Of a stretch of 64,000 bases of DNA, positions 50,760 to 60,365 are shown one piece after another. The translations under genes and the position numbers were made by a program. Every line of letters begins with the position of its first letter. The first letter of the stretch is position 1. The stretch lies in sequence record OL362041.1. One strand, 5' to 3'. The notes below the pieces were generated by a model. It was given only the letters and a program-made list of their open reading frames with translations. It made no database searches and was not told where the DNA came from. The DNA comes from Escherichia phage vB_Eco_OMNI12.

Positions 50760-51647
50760 TTAAGATTTAAGTAAATCAACAATTTTAATTAACTTTTCAC
50801 GCTCAGATTTAGCTTTACTACTCAGTCCAGATAGTCTGAAAATTTCATCATCATATTGCTGAATAGAAATATTCAGCTCTTCAATCTGCTTATTAAAATA
50901 ATCAATTTGTTCAGAATGTTTTTCGTTACTACGAACTGGTACAGGTTTTGTAGGTAATTTAGATGAACTGGATTCATCCTGGCGATAAATTAAAATACAA
51001 CTTGAACCAATTGGACATTTTGCACCAGATGAATATTCTAATGTTCCAGCTTCTTTTAAAACTTCAAAAGCTAAACAGAGATGATGCCCCATATTGACAT
51101 AATCTGTAGAGCGAGCTCTGACGTAATAATCATCTCCGCGAATACTAAATTTAAAGCATTTAAGGTCTTCTGTATTATTGGTCTTAAAAATCATTTGTTT
51201 ATCTAGACCCTTAGCTAATCGAGCGCCTAATGCTAATAATCGTCGTTGATTTTCCCACAAATCCTCAATCATTTGATCGAATGATAATTTTGGCATTAGT
51301 CGACCATAAAGGTCATATCCTTTATTATAATTACGAAGGATTTCACTCGCGTTAATACGAGACAACGCTCCAATTTTATTAAGGGCTTTCATGATGCGAT
51401 TAGATAAACCCATTCCAGACCCGTTTGTTCGTTGTAAATGTTTTTCTAATCCAAACCCAATATCAACTTTAAATTTATCTAAAATTTCAGCATGAACGTC
51501 TCTGTCAATAACATTCAAATCCAAAGTTGGGTTAAATCTATGAAAAAATTTATCTGGCTCTCCACGACGAAGTACAGTCCATTCATTCAATTTTTTATTA
51601 ACTAAAGATTTAATTACTGCATTGACATTATTAATTACTACTGACAT
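50760..51647 (-). CDS. Possible fourth paralog with C-terminal coiled coil (about 295 aa)
   Basis: Track start is GTG; ATG at 51647 with GAGGA SD; similarity to A-C weaker. Confidence 0.5.
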   Translation of the reverse strand: MSVVINNVNAVIKSLVNKKLNEWTVLRRGEPDKFFHRFNPTLDLNVIDRDVHAEILDKFKVDIGFGLEKHLQRTNGSGMGLSNRIMKALNKIGALSRINASEILRNYNKGYDLYGRLMPKLSFDQMIEDLWENQRRLLALGARLAKGLDKQMIFKTNNTEDLKCFKFSIRGDDYYVRARSTDYVNMGHHLCLAFEVLKEAGTLEYSSGAKCPIGSSCILIYRQDESSSSKLPTKPVPVRSNEKHSEQIDYFNKQIEELNISIQQYDDEIFRLSGLSSKAKSEREKLIKIVDLLKS

Positions 51648-51654
51648 ATTTTCC

Positions 51655-52062
51655 TCACTCAATTTCAATTTTACTAAATACACAGAATAAGATAGAACAG
51701 ACTATATAAGCACCACACACAGATTGAACTAATACCATTCCAAAGAACCAAACAATATTATCAAACAATGTCTGTTTTACGTCGAAAGGACGTAAACTTA
51801 CAGTAATATTATCGCCTTTTTCTATTGATGAATACATCTCTGGTGAAATATATTCGCTAAATCTATAACCGTCTTTGAGTTCATATACGGCAATAAACGA
51901 TAAACTAGACCCCTTTCCTTGAGTTCCTGTAAGGGTATTAACTACAGTAACATCATAATCTTTATAATGCATATAATCATTAATAGCATAATAACCATAT
52001 GCAACTACTACACATAAACAGCATATCAATAAATTCAATCTTTTAATTATCAACTGTTTCAT
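51655..52062 (-). CDS. Membrane protein (135 aa)
   Basis: N- and C-terminal hydrophobic segments. Confidence 0.5.
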   Translation of the reverse strand: MKQLIIKRLNLLICCLCVVVAYGYYAINDYMHYKDYDVTVVNTLTGTQGKGSSLSFIAVYELKDGYRFSEYISPEMYSSIEKGDNITVSLRPFDVKQTLFDNIVWFFGMVLVQSVCGAYIVCSILFCVFSKIEIE

Positions 52063-52117
52063 AATAATCTCAATTAAAAGGGCTTAGAACCATTATACCA
52101 TCCTTGGTATAAAGCGG

Positions 52118-52645
52118 TTATGCGAGTACCGTCTTTAACCGTTCTTCAAACTTCCGAAGAGTATTCTGGCGTTCAGCTCTTTGCTTTTTGTAAGTTTCAA
52201 TACGCTCTGAAATGAGAGTGTATCGTTCATTTACTGATTCTTTCATAAAATCAGGAATTTCACGAGAAGCTTTAATCTCGTCAAATTTATCAATAACAGC
52301 TTGCTCTTCAGCAATTAAGTTATCATACATCAAAATATCTTTCTTGATGAACTCAATATCTTCTTGAGTTACACGAGATAATTTAGATGCTTTATCCTTT
52401 TTGTACTGTTCGTTAGTATCACGAGACCAGTGTAATGTACGATTTTTATTCGTATTCTTATAAATTTCTACAATACCAATCTCATCAATAATAACGATCC
52501 AATTCCAACGGGATTTGTAAATTTGTCCTCCATCAACCGTGATTTCACCTCCGATTGAGATGTCATTAAAGAACTTGCTTTGTGCTTCAGATTTAAATTT
52601 ACCATCGTTGTAATTTACCAGGTTGAAAATATCTTTAGCGTTCAT
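52118..52645 (-). CDS. Hypothetical protein (about 175 aa)
   Basis: Track start is TTG inside a promoter; ATG at 52645 with GGAGGA SD. Confidence 0.5.
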   Translation of the reverse strand: MNAKDIFNLVNYNDGKFKSEAQSKFFNDISIGGEITVDGGQIYKSRWNWIVIIDEIGIVEIYKNTNKNRTLHWSRDTNEQYKKDKASKLSRVTQEDIEFIKKDILMYDNLIAEEQAVIDKFDEIKASREIPDFMKESVNERYTLISERIETYKKQRAERQNTLRKFEERLKTVLA

Positions 52646-52672
52646 TTTGTGTTCCTCCGTAGTTGATAGTTG

Positions 52673-52703
52673 TATAGTACCACAGAGGAACGGTCTTGTA
52701 AAC
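52673..52703 (-). promoter_or_regulatory. T4-type early promoter with conserved leader
   Basis: Minus strand GTTTAC ... TGGTACTATAC then AACTATCAACTAC. Confidence 0.5.
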
Positions 52704-52705
52704 AA

Positions 52706-53020
52706 CTAAAAGAAACTTCTTTCACAATTTTTTCCACTGAACCACGCACTCACTGCTTTCTTAGTCTCAGGAGCAGTGTTATCCATAAACCATTCAAAGG
52801 CAGCCTTTTTATGATTCTGGAGGGCTTCTCGGGCTTTAATCTGCTCACGGTCTATTAACACTAACATATGAGCCTTTCTTGTCACCAAGGGCTTCTTATG
52901 ATTTTTTGAATATTCCCAATCATTTGTCCAGCGCATCGTTGTTGCGAACTGAAATACTGCTTCTTTAATTTTAGTTTCGTAAATTTCACGAGCCTTTGAG
53001 TATAACATCATTACCTCCAT
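52706..53020 (-). CDS. Hypothetical protein (104 aa)
   Basis: ORF. Confidence 0.45.
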   Translation of the reverse strand: MEVMMLYSKAREIYETKIKEAVFQFATTMRWTNDWEYSKNHKKPLVTRKAHMLVLIDREQIKAREALQNHKKAAFEWFMDNTAPETKKAVSAWFSGKNCERSFF

Positions 53021-53110
53021 TTACCAGTTTAATTCTAGTCATCTTTTTGATGGCAGTCCATATAATCTATTTCTGAACTGCCTTTTTGTCTTAGAAGGCC
53101 TCTTATGAAT

Positions 53111-54079
53111 TTATTTCAGAAGAGTAACCTCAGCGATTTCTTGCCAACCGTTTTTGTCGGTCATAATAAAGTCAGCAAGATAAAGTGCAGTACGCAGTGA
53201 AACATTGCGTAAACGATTAACATTGACTTTCATCCATGATAATGCTTTATAAGTTTCTTCATCAGAAAGACCGCGCTTTTGCATCATGTCGGTTGAAAGA
53301 ATAACATCTTCAACCCTGACCATAATTTCTTCATTAGTGTGAACACCCAAATCTAAATAAACTGAGCGGGACACTAATGCTTGTAAATGTGGAGCAAGTT
53401 TAGTACCACGGTCTAATTCGCGGTCAATGTCAACGTTTGTGATAAAAACAATCGTTCCTTTAAATTCAAACTCACGCTCAATGCCTTTTTCTTCTAAGTA
53501 AGAAGATGCAGTGCTCCAGCAGACTTTACGGGTCTCTCCAGTGTCCAGAGCAGCTTTCAGAAGATTAAGAATGTCCATATCAGAGAAAACATCCACATCA
53601 TCAATCAAAAGGACAGAATTCTCTTCACGATTATTCCAAAGTTGTTCATAAAGACCGATACCGGAGATTTTACCGTTAATGCTTTTATATTCAATGTATC
53701 CATTATCATTTGCTTTATTCAAAGCTTTATCTAAAGAATACGTTTTACCAATACCCGCCGCACCAGAGATAATTAATGAACGAATGTTTCCGTTAATAAT
53801 ACCATTCGTCATCATTCCCATAACATTAAATCTTTTATTAATGCGGGTTTTCATATCTTCATATGATTCTTTAACTTCTTCAACTTTTACACCATCATAT
53901 GAAATGTCTGATTTGTAAACCCAAACACCGCGACGCTTACCGTCAATTTCAACAAAAACTTTACCATCTCCTTGTGCATCTACCGGAGCATTATCTGGGA
54001 ACCATTCACCTAAGAGCTCAAAAGTTCCAGAGATTTCTTTACCGAAGTAGATACCCTTATTGATAGTTACAGTTTTCAT
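53111..54079 (-). CDS. P-loop ATPase (AAA-like; Walker A GAAGIGKT, Walker B LLIDDVD)
   Basis: Track start is GTG; ATG at 54079 with GGAG SD. Confidence 0.6.
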   Translation of the reverse strand: MKTVTINKGIYFGKEISGTFELLGEWFPDNAPVDAQGDGKVFVEIDGKRRGVWVYKSDISYDGVKVEEVKESYEDMKTRINKRFNVMGMMTNGIINGNIRSLIISGAAGIGKTYSLDKALNKANDNGYIEYKSINGKISGIGLYEQLWNNREENSVLLIDDVDVFSDMDILNLLKAALDTGETRKVCWSTASSYLEEKGIEREFEFKGTIVFITNVDIDRELDRGTKLAPHLQALVSRSVYLDLGVHTNEEIMVRVEDVILSTDMMQKRGLSDEETYKALSWMKVNVNRLRNVSLRTALYLADFIMTDKNGWQEIAEVTLLK

Positions 54080-54113
54080 TTTATTCTCCAATCTCACATT
54101 TGTTTTGATAGGG

Positions 54114-54145
54114 TAATAGTATCACACTACTACCCTTCTGTAAAC
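54114..54145 (-). promoter_or_regulatory. T4-type early promoter
   Basis: Minus strand GTTTAC ... TACTAT. Confidence 0.4.
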
Positions 54146-54148
54146 AAT

Positions 54149-54412
54149 TTATTTTAACGTTCGCCAAATTTTTACTGCTTCACGGCGAGATACTTCTACA
54201 GCTCCAAGTTCTACAGCTTTTTGGCGTCGGCGAGCGTGTAAGTCATAATGTTTAATGCGTTTATCTTGAAACCAAGAACGTTTCATTCCTATTGCTTCTG
54301 CCATTTCATGAAGCTCTTCAATATCTCCATCAGTGAACATATGACAATTTTTAGTTGGATGACCGCGAAGTTTCCATCCATGATTCATTAAAACATCTAC
54401 GTAAACTGTCAT
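54149..54412 (-). CDS. Small conserved protein (87 aa), DUF4031-like by motif
   Basis: MTVYVD...GHP.K.CHM..D...ELH..A..IG.KR.WFQ...HYDL pattern recalled from a small DUF family; tentative. Confidence 0.4.
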   Translation of the reverse strand: MTVYVDVLMNHGWKLRGHPTKNCHMFTDGDIEELHEMAEAIGMKRSWFQDKRIKHYDLHARRRQKAVELGAVEVSRREAVKIWRTLK

Positions 54413-54558
54413 TGATTCTTCTCCAAATAAGTTTCGATAATTTTCTGAGCGAGATAAACTGCATTATCTTCAGTTGCATCTTCTAAGAAACTTTCAAAAC
54501 ACTCTGAAATTTCTTCTGTGTCAATCAACTTTTTTACTTCAATTGGTGTAATTTTCAT
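54409..54558 (-). CDS. Hypothetical small acidic protein (about 49 aa)
   Basis: Track ORF spans a promoter and a terminator, so the real start is probably the internal ATG near 54558. Confidence 0.3.
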   Translation of the reverse strand: MKITPIEVKKLIDTEEISECFESFLEDATEDNAVYLAQKIIETYLEKNQ

Positions 54559-54595
54559 TTTGTTTTTCCGTTTAAGTGTTTGTTTTGATAGTTGT

Positions 54596-54625
54596 ATAGT
54601 ACCATAAAGCTTTATGCTTGTAAAC
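54596..54625 (-). promoter_or_regulatory. T4-type early promoter with conserved leader
   Basis: Minus strand GTTTAC ... TGGTACTATAC. Confidence 0.5.
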
Positions 54626-54649
54626 AATTTTGTGAAAAATTTTTGAAAT

Positions 54650-54675
54650 AAAAAAAGGGAGCCCGAAGGCTCCCT
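54650..54675 (-). terminator. Rho-independent terminator after the NTase gene
   Basis: gggagcc cgaa ggctccc followed by a long U-run on the minus strand. Confidence 0.7.
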
Positions 54676-54676
54676 A

Positions 54677-55690
54677 TCATTTATAATAACTTCGGTGGTT
54701 TTCAAGATAAACCCTCTCAAGGAAGTCATCCCAGAAACCCATGTCTACTTTTTGCTGCATACCGTTCTTAGAAGCTTCAGTAGATGCTGCTTCTACTTGA
54801 TCGACCACATCTTCCAAAAACTCTTGAACCGTTTTAAATGGATGTTTACCCAACTTCACGTCGAGAATAAATGGAGCATCTTGGAGTGGATAAACCAAGT
54901 CACCAGTTTTGTAAATTTCCAATAGTTGGAGTCCACCACGGCAAGCATGACTCAGAGCTTTCCAGTCAATGCCCTCATTCGCTTCAGCCTTACGAGCACG
55001 TTCACCGTATTCAGCATCTAATTTGTTCAGTGACTGCTTAAGCTCAATAAGAGAAAGCGTTGTCTGATATTTACGACCCAACACTGTGTAGAACGTCTGT
55101 GGGCCTGTTTTCTCATGATTATGGAACACCCATTCACAGAATTCGTTTTCTGGAAGACGATGCTTAATATCTTCAACTTTAGTACGACGCTGCTTAATAG
55201 AACCATCTTCTTGGTAATCAACCCATTGCTCAGGGATTTCATTAACTACTTTCAATACATCACGTAATGCAGCCAAACGAGAACCCTTAACGCCGTATTT
55301 AGAAGCTTGCTTACGGACATATCCTAAATAGGATTTCATGTTAGTCGTATAAAAACGAGAACGGTTGTCTTGAATAAACTTCCACACATCAGGCAAATCA
55401 GATTTAACCACTAACTCAGGTGGAGTGTGAAGCATATCTAACGCTACAGTTTCACCATCTGCTGCTAATTTAAAGAAATATTTAAGACTGTATAGTTCAT
55501 GGTCAATATCATCTTTAGTGTTTTTAGATGATGTGTTGTTAGTGTTTTTACTCATGTGCTCTTTAACATTTCCAATAAGAATATCACGAGCAGGAGGAAC
55601 AAAGATTTCTTTAAAATCTACATCAGATTCTGGGGTAGAAGTTCCATAAAGATGACTACCAAAATAGCTTTTCATTACTGTTTTCATCAT
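54677..55690 (-). CDS. Predicted Pol-beta-superfamily nucleotidyltransferase (337 aa)
   Basis: N-terminal GS-x10-SDVD signature (FGSHLYGTSTPESDVDF); start overlaps stop of the upstream membrane-protein gene. Confidence 0.55.
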   Translation of the reverse strand: MMKTVMKSYFGSHLYGTSTPESDVDFKEIFVPPARDILIGNVKEHMSKNTNNTSSKNTKDDIDHELYSLKYFFKLAADGETVALDMLHTPPELVVKSDLPDVWKFIQDNRSRFYTTNMKSYLGYVRKQASKYGVKGSRLAALRDVLKVVNEIPEQWVDYQEDGSIKQRRTKVEDIKHRLPENEFCEWVFHNHEKTGPQTFYTVLGRKYQTTLSLIELKQSLNKLDAEYGERARKAEANEGIDWKALSHACRGGLQLLEIYKTGDLVYPLQDAPFILDVKLGKHPFKTVQEFLEDVVDQVEAASTEASKNGMQQKVDMGFWDDFLERVYLENHRSYYK

Positions 55691-56148
55691 TCAGCCTTAT
55701 ATTCAATAACAGGACATACTTTAGCTTTACGCGCTTTTAAAAATTCGACGATAATAGATTTCTTGGGTTGAATAGGAGGTAAACCTTTATACGCCCTATC
55801 AATATTTTCTACATGTAAAGCATAATCCTTTTTCCATTTATAATCTTTATATTTTTCACGCAAGTGTGCAGGAATAACAAATGAACCGATAATAAGTAAA
55901 ACAACCAAAAGTGCAAGTATAAATGCCGATGGAAGAAGAGTCCATAAACTACCAAAAATAAGCCATTTCTGTATGATTTCTGCACAGATAATAGTTAGAC
56001 CTGCGAGTATAGTACATCCGAAAAAAGAAACGAAAAATGTAGGGATAACAATAGACCAAAAGTATGCACACAGTGTCTTAGGTCGTTTCCATTCGTCGTT
56101 AAACAGTTTGAATAATTTATAGTGCCAAGAGTTTTCATTAATAATCAT
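55687..56148 (-). CDS. Membrane protein (153 aa, multiple transmembrane segments)
   Basis: Hydrophobic segments; translationally coupled to the NTase gene. Confidence 0.5.
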   Translation of the reverse strand: MIINENSWHYKLFKLFNDEWKRPKTLCAYFWSIVIPTFFVSFFGCTILAGLTIICAEIIQKWLIFGSLWTLLPSAFILALLVVLLIIGSFVIPAHLREKYKDYKWKKDYALHVENIDRAYKGLPPIQPKKSIIVEFLKARKAKVCPVIEYKAE

Positions 56149-56150
56149 AA

Positions 56151-56672
56151 TTATCCTTTCATTGAAGGTGTAACAGTTGTTAAATACTTAATCATAGCTT
56201 CAGCTTCTGATTTTGATAATGAAATTTCTTCATTGTTTTGACGAATAGAAATAAAATCCGGATGACGGTCACCACCAGCTTTTAAAACACACATATAAGT
56301 ATCAGTTTCATCTTCAATATCTGAAATGATTGAAGCAGTTCCACATGAATGTGGTTTTTGATAAATCAATACAGCTTTTCTTCCACCGTTTGACTGTTCA
56401 TAAACTTTTAACACATCAAACAAATCGCTTCTTTTATCAATAGCTAAGATGTTGTTTTCATCTTCAATATTAAATCCTTCGGATACTTCATAAAGTGTCA
56501 CCCATAAATCACCAATATCAATAACAGCGTTCACTTTTCCATGACTTTCAAGAGCATTACAAATTTTCTTAATTTCATCATAACTCATTTTAATAATATC
56601 ATCTCCTTGAATAAGGAAGATGTCATTTTTAAATTCAACACGAATTAAACCACTTCCACTTGAAATAAACAT
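56151..56672 (-). CDS. Hypothetical protein, paralog pair member (173 aa)
   Basis: C-terminus ...SKSEAEAMIKYLTTVTPSMKG resembles that of the next ORF. Confidence 0.5.
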   Translation of the reverse strand: MFISSGSGLIRVEFKNDIFLIQGDDIIKMSYDEIKKICNALESHGKVNAVIDIGDLWVTLYEVSEGFNIEDENNILAIDKRSDLFDVLKVYEQSNGGRKAVLIYQKPHSCGTASIISDIEDETDTYMCVLKAGGDRHPDFISIRQNNEEISLSKSEAEAMIKYLTTVTPSMKG

Positions 56673-56678
56673 ATTTCC

Positions 56679-57212
56679 TCACTTTGAAATCATAGTTGGA
56701 ATGACAGAATCGAGATAAGTCTTTAGCGCAATAGCTTCGTCTTTGGTAAATGTGACAATATGTGATCGAAAATCGTCGATTTGGCGAATAGTTAAGACAT
56801 CTCCCTCTTCATAACATTTTGATACGTTTAAAACAGTTTCATCATTCTGATTGCAAGCGTTAGTAATAATAGCATTGCAATTTTTGAGCCATTTTAAACT
56901 ATGTTTTCTTTCATTAGAATAATAAAAATATTTAATCTTATCTATAAAACTATCCCAATGGATAACTGATAAACACATTGACTCACTTTTAATATTAAAT
57001 CCTGGGCATGAAGAATAAAAATGAATTTTGTGCTCATCATTGATGCTTACTATTTTATCAGTATAAGGATATTCAATTTGGGTTAAATGAATGATTTCAC
57101 TAGGCGTAAAATATAGCATATCGTCTTCTTGTGTCAAACAATACATATTATTTACTTTTTCTATAGCTAATTCACCAAAAAGCGGACTAACTTCTAATAC
57201 TAATCGTTTCAT
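56679..57212 (-). CDS. Hypothetical protein, paralog pair member (about 177 aa)
   Basis: Track start is GTG; ATG at 57212; C-terminus ...TKDEAIALKTYLDSVIPTMISK. Confidence 0.5.
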   Translation of the reverse strand: MKRLVLEVSPLFGELAIEKVNNMYCLTQEDDMLYFTPSEIIHLTQIEYPYTDKIVSINDEHKIHFYSSCPGFNIKSESMCLSVIHWDSFIDKIKYFYYSNERKHSLKWLKNCNAIITNACNQNDETVLNVSKCYEEGDVLTIRQIDDFRSHIVTFTKDEAIALKTYLDSVIPTMISK

Positions 57213-57369
57213 ATTGATTCTCTTCGACTCACTCACAATTACATACTCCTTTGAATAATATCAATAATGTTGTTCACCAGATTATAAGTAAACATTGGAT
57301 AATTATATTGAATCATCACATACACAACAAACAAAACTTTCATTCTCTTCTCCTTGGCAGTTGACAAGA

Positions 57370-57401
57370 TTACTATACCATAACCTTGCCAACTTGTAAA
57401 C
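57370..57401 (-). promoter_or_regulatory. T4-type early promoter
   Basis: Minus strand GTTTAC ... TGGTATAGTAAT. Confidence 0.5.
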
Positions 57402-57566
57402 CGTTAAATGTTGTTTTCAATAAAATTCTGAAGCTTTGTGTGAGCATCAACCATGATTTTCATTTCTTCTTTGGCGAAAGCTGTACCTCTTTCCCGAGAA
57501 GAACACTCATAGTCAGAAACTGCATTAGCATATTCTTCAATTAGTTTCATTAAAAACATCTGCTTT

Positions 57567-57761
57567 TCAGTTTTCATTGTTCCACCTAATCATTTCAAGA
57601 TATTGAACTAACTTAGCTTTAGATTTATCCAAATCCTTTTTAGCTGCTTCTATACCATCGTATGAATATCCTTCACAATGCTCAACTGCTAATTGATATG
57701 AATCTATTTCAATATCACGTGCTAATTTAATGATTTTTTCAAACTGTTCGCGTGTTAGCAT
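57567..57761 (-). CDS. Hypothetical small protein (64 aa)
   Basis: ORF. Confidence 0.4.
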   Translation of the reverse strand: MLTREQFEKIIKLARDIEIDSYQLAVEHCEGYSYDGIEAAKKDLDKSKAKLVQYLEMIRWNNEN

Positions 57762-57763
57762 AC

Positions 57764-58003
57764 TTACACTCTCGTATTATGATCGATAATTTCATCAAGA
57801 AACATATCTAACGCTTCTATAGCATTATCCACTTTAGTTTCAAAGTCTTTAATGCCTTTATTCGAAATACCCGATGAATACCAAGCAAAGTCAATCAGCT
57901 CTTCATCTGCTTTGCGAATTGAAGCCACTAATTCCTTAATTTTATCTGCTTGTTCAATGCTAGTCATTATTCCACCACATATGAAAGAGAGAATATTGCA
58001 CAC
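57764..58003 (-). CDS. Hypothetical small protein (79 aa)
   Basis: ORF. Confidence 0.4.
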   Translation of the reverse strand: MCNILSFICGGIMTSIEQADKIKELVASIRKADEELIDFAWYSSGISNKGIKDFETKVDNAIEALDMFLDEIIDHNTRV

Positions 58004-58155
58004 GCCATATGAGTTGCAGCTTCATCACACATATCATAACGTTTCTTAAGAAGTTCTACAAGTTCTTCACTAGTAACTTCATCCATGTCGACGAAAAAAT
58101 CACCATTAATGATGACGTAGATATTTCCTTCTTGATTGAGTGCTTCAATTTTCAT
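57967..58155 (-). CDS. Hypothetical small protein (about 62 aa)
   Basis: Track start lies inside a promoter; ATG at 58155 with AGGAG SD. Confidence 0.4.
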   Translation of the reverse strand: MKIEALNQEGNIYVIINGDFFVDMDEVTSEELVELLKKRYDMCDEAATHMACAIFSLSYVVE

Positions 58156-58183
58156 GATGTTCTCCTCTTTATCCGATGGTTGT

Positions 58184-58213
58184 ATAGTATCACAGCTCAA
58201 ATTGAAAGTAAAC
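58184..58213 (-). promoter_or_regulatory. T4-type early promoter
   Basis: Minus strand GTTTAC ... TGATACTATAC. Confidence 0.45.
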
Positions 58214-58222
58214 TGGTAAAAT

Positions 58223-58246
58223 GAAAAAAGTCTCCCGAAGGAGACT
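58223..58246 (-). terminator. Rho-independent terminator (UUCG tetraloop)
   Basis: gtctcc cgaa ggagac followed by a U-run on the minus strand. Confidence 0.65.
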
Positions 58247-58250
58247 AATG

Positions 58251-58637
58251 TTATTCGAGGGAAAGAAGATATTTGCTCTGGTAAAACATCCCAGTAATAT
58301 CATCTATCGTGCTTTGAATGGCTGGAGGCATTTCTTTATAAATGCTGTTAGATTGGTCTAGTATGCGATCAATCATTTTAATTGTGTCGGTAGGAAGTTT
58401 ACTGGCATCTGGAATAGAAGGCGTGTATTTTCTACCAGAATACCCCAAATATTGCTCACCAAATTTATCAATCAAATCTGGCAACTCAGAGAAAATAAAA
58501 TCGTATGCTTTGTGTCTAGCATAACTTTTAGTTTCAAAATGCGCAGAATGAAAATAAGCTTGTGCAGCCATTAATAAACCTAAGTATTCATCTGCCTTTG
58601 AAGGTTTTCCACTTTGTGAAAAGTCGCTGAATTTCAT
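58251..58637 (-). CDS. Hypothetical protein (128 aa)
   Basis: ORF. Confidence 0.45.
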   Translation of the reverse strand: MKFSDFSQSGKPSKADEYLGLLMAAQAYFHSAHFETKSYARHKAYDFIFSELPDLIDKFGEQYLGYSGRKYTPSIPDASKLPTDTIKMIDRILDQSNSIYKEMPPAIQSTIDDITGMFYQSKYLLSLE

Positions 58638-58927
58638 TCAGTCTCCAATTTAATGTTCATAATTCTAGCGTATGATTGTGCCATCTCCGCGCCTCGCTCT
58701 ATACATTCAAAATCGGAAGAGCACGGGTCATTTTTATAAGTCGTTCGCATAAAACTATAGAACTGTTCAGATGATTCTACGCTTTTGTTTTCAAAAAGCA
58801 TATAAACGTGTCTAATACCAGATTCCATAAATTTATCAAAATGAGGATCGACATTCGCTTCAATTGGTGGAGATAAAGCAAACGCTAATCCTAGCATGGC
58901 AAATAGTGCCGTTGCTTTTAAGGCCAT
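58634..58927 (-). CDS. Secreted small protein (97 aa)
   Basis: N-terminal signal peptide. Confidence 0.45.
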   Translation of the reverse strand: MALKATALFAMLGLAFALSPPIEANVDPHFDKFMESGIRHVYMLFENKSVESSEQFYSFMRTTYKNDPCSSDFECIERGAEMAQSYARIMNIKLETE

Positions 58928-58939
58928 AAAGGCCTCCTA

Positions 58940-59152
58940 TCATTTTTGTCCTGTATTTACTTTATGCCGATGCACGGCCTTAACTTTATCAAGGTATTTT
59001 TCAAAATTTCGCAATCTAGTATAGTCTGCCGGAGATTGGTTGAGTGATACTTCTCGACGCAAAGCTGAAATGATATTTCCAACTTCCCTACGAATTTCAT
59101 CTAATTGAAGAACAGTAAGATTGCGAAGTTGCTTTTCAGTTAATTGTAGCAT
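58940..59152 (-). CDS. Hypothetical small protein (70 aa)
   Basis: ORF. Confidence 0.4.
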
Positions 59153-59194
59153 ATATACCCCTTTAGTTAGATAAACCTATTTATAACTTTTGCA

Positions 59195-59776
59195 CTAACC
59201 GAGCTTTTTAGTTAATTCATTCCAATGTTTTCTACACAAAGAAACATAAATTTCATCACCAATACAGATTTGATTACCTTCTTTAACTGGTGTTCCATCT
59301 TCCATTAATCGAGCTGTCATAATAGCTTTTTTACCACAATGACAAACTGCCTTTAGTTCAATAAGTTTATCTGCAATCGCCAAAAGTTCTTTAGAACCTT
59401 CAAATAATTTTCCAGCGAAATCAGTCCTTAGCCCATAAGCCATAACAGGAACATTATATGTATCAACAATTCGACTTAATTGATGCACCTGTTCAGTTTT
59501 TAAAAACTGAGCTTCATCTACAAATACACAATGAATATCTTTTTGTGCTTCAGCCCATTTATAGAACTCAAAAATATCCATATCATCCGTAATAATATTC
59601 GCTTCCTGCTTAATTCCAATGCGAGAAACGACTTCACAGACAGAATCGCGAGTATCAATAGCAGGCTTAAGAACTAATACACCCATTCCGCGTTCTTTAT
59701 AATTATGTGCAGCAGTCAAAAGAGAAGCAGATTTTCCAGCATTCATTGCTGCGTAAGTAAAAATTAAACTCGCCAT
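59195..59776 (-). CDS. tk: Thymidine kinase
   Basis: 193 aa as T4 Tk; P-loop AAMNAGKS; C-terminal zinc motif CHCGKKA...C. Confidence 0.9.
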   Translation of the reverse strand: MASLIFTYAAMNAGKSASLLTAAHNYKERGMGVLVLKPAIDTRDSVCEVVSRIGIKQEANIITDDMDIFEFYKWAEAQKDIHCVFVDEAQFLKTEQVHQLSRIVDTYNVPVMAYGLRTDFAGKLFEGSKELLAIADKLIELKAVCHCGKKAIMTARLMEDGTPVKEGNQICIGDEIYVSLCRKHWNELTKKLG

Positions 59777-59785
59777 ATCACCTTC

Positions 59786-59971
59786 TTAAAGCATATTCAC
59801 ATAAGCTATTAATTCGTTTTCTTTCTTATCAAACCGATCAGCAAATTCTTCTTGCTGTTCGGGAGATAGCGGGCCGTATTCATCATAAAAGGTGTTTGCT
59901 TCTGTATGCTCATCTAGAAGTTCATGGATAAGCTCAAACAATTTATCTTTTTGTTCTTTACTCAGACTCAT
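59786..59971 (-). CDS. Hypothetical small acidic protein (61 aa)
   Basis: ORF. Confidence 0.4.
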   Translation of the reverse strand: MSLSKEQKDKLFELIHELLDEHTEANTFYDEYGPLSPEQQEEFADRFDKKENELIAYVNML

Positions 59972-60137
59972 ATATTAATTTCCAGGAGTTTTAAAATAAT
60001 TCGCTTTTGCTTAAATATTTCCATAGTTAAATGACCAGTATCTTTTTGACCGATTCCAATGGCAAAACCTTTATTGACAGCGAGTTCAATTAAATTATCA
60101 AGCTCACGTAACACTTCATACTGTAACTCAAAACTAT

Positions 60138-60365
60138 TCATTTCGGTTTACCTTCTTTAACGAAATCAGGATAAGGATAAAATCCTGAATAAAATCCTTC
60201 ACCTTTATGATTGATGCATCCTTTATTAGAACAATAGCACCAATAATCGAAATCACAAGCCATTTCATCATTACATAAAGCAAAAACAACTGGCCATTCA
60301 CACTTTTCACAATGGGCATTTTTAAGAATACTAGTTTGGCTCATAACCATGTAACCTTTAAACAA
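60138..60365 (-). CDS. Cys-rich small protein (75 aa)
   Basis: Multiple Cys/His; preferred over the overlapping alternative-frame ORF. Confidence 0.4.
   Translation of the reverse strand: MFKGYMVMSQTSILKNAHCEKCEWPVVFALCNDEMACDFDYWCYCSNKGCINHKGEGFYSGFYPYPDFVKEGKPK

Noticed and set aside
60134-60319. 61-aa hydrophobic ORF in alternative frame to the Cys-rich 75-aa ORF
   Set aside because: Cannot both be real; the Cys-rich frame was preferred, but this choice is uncertain
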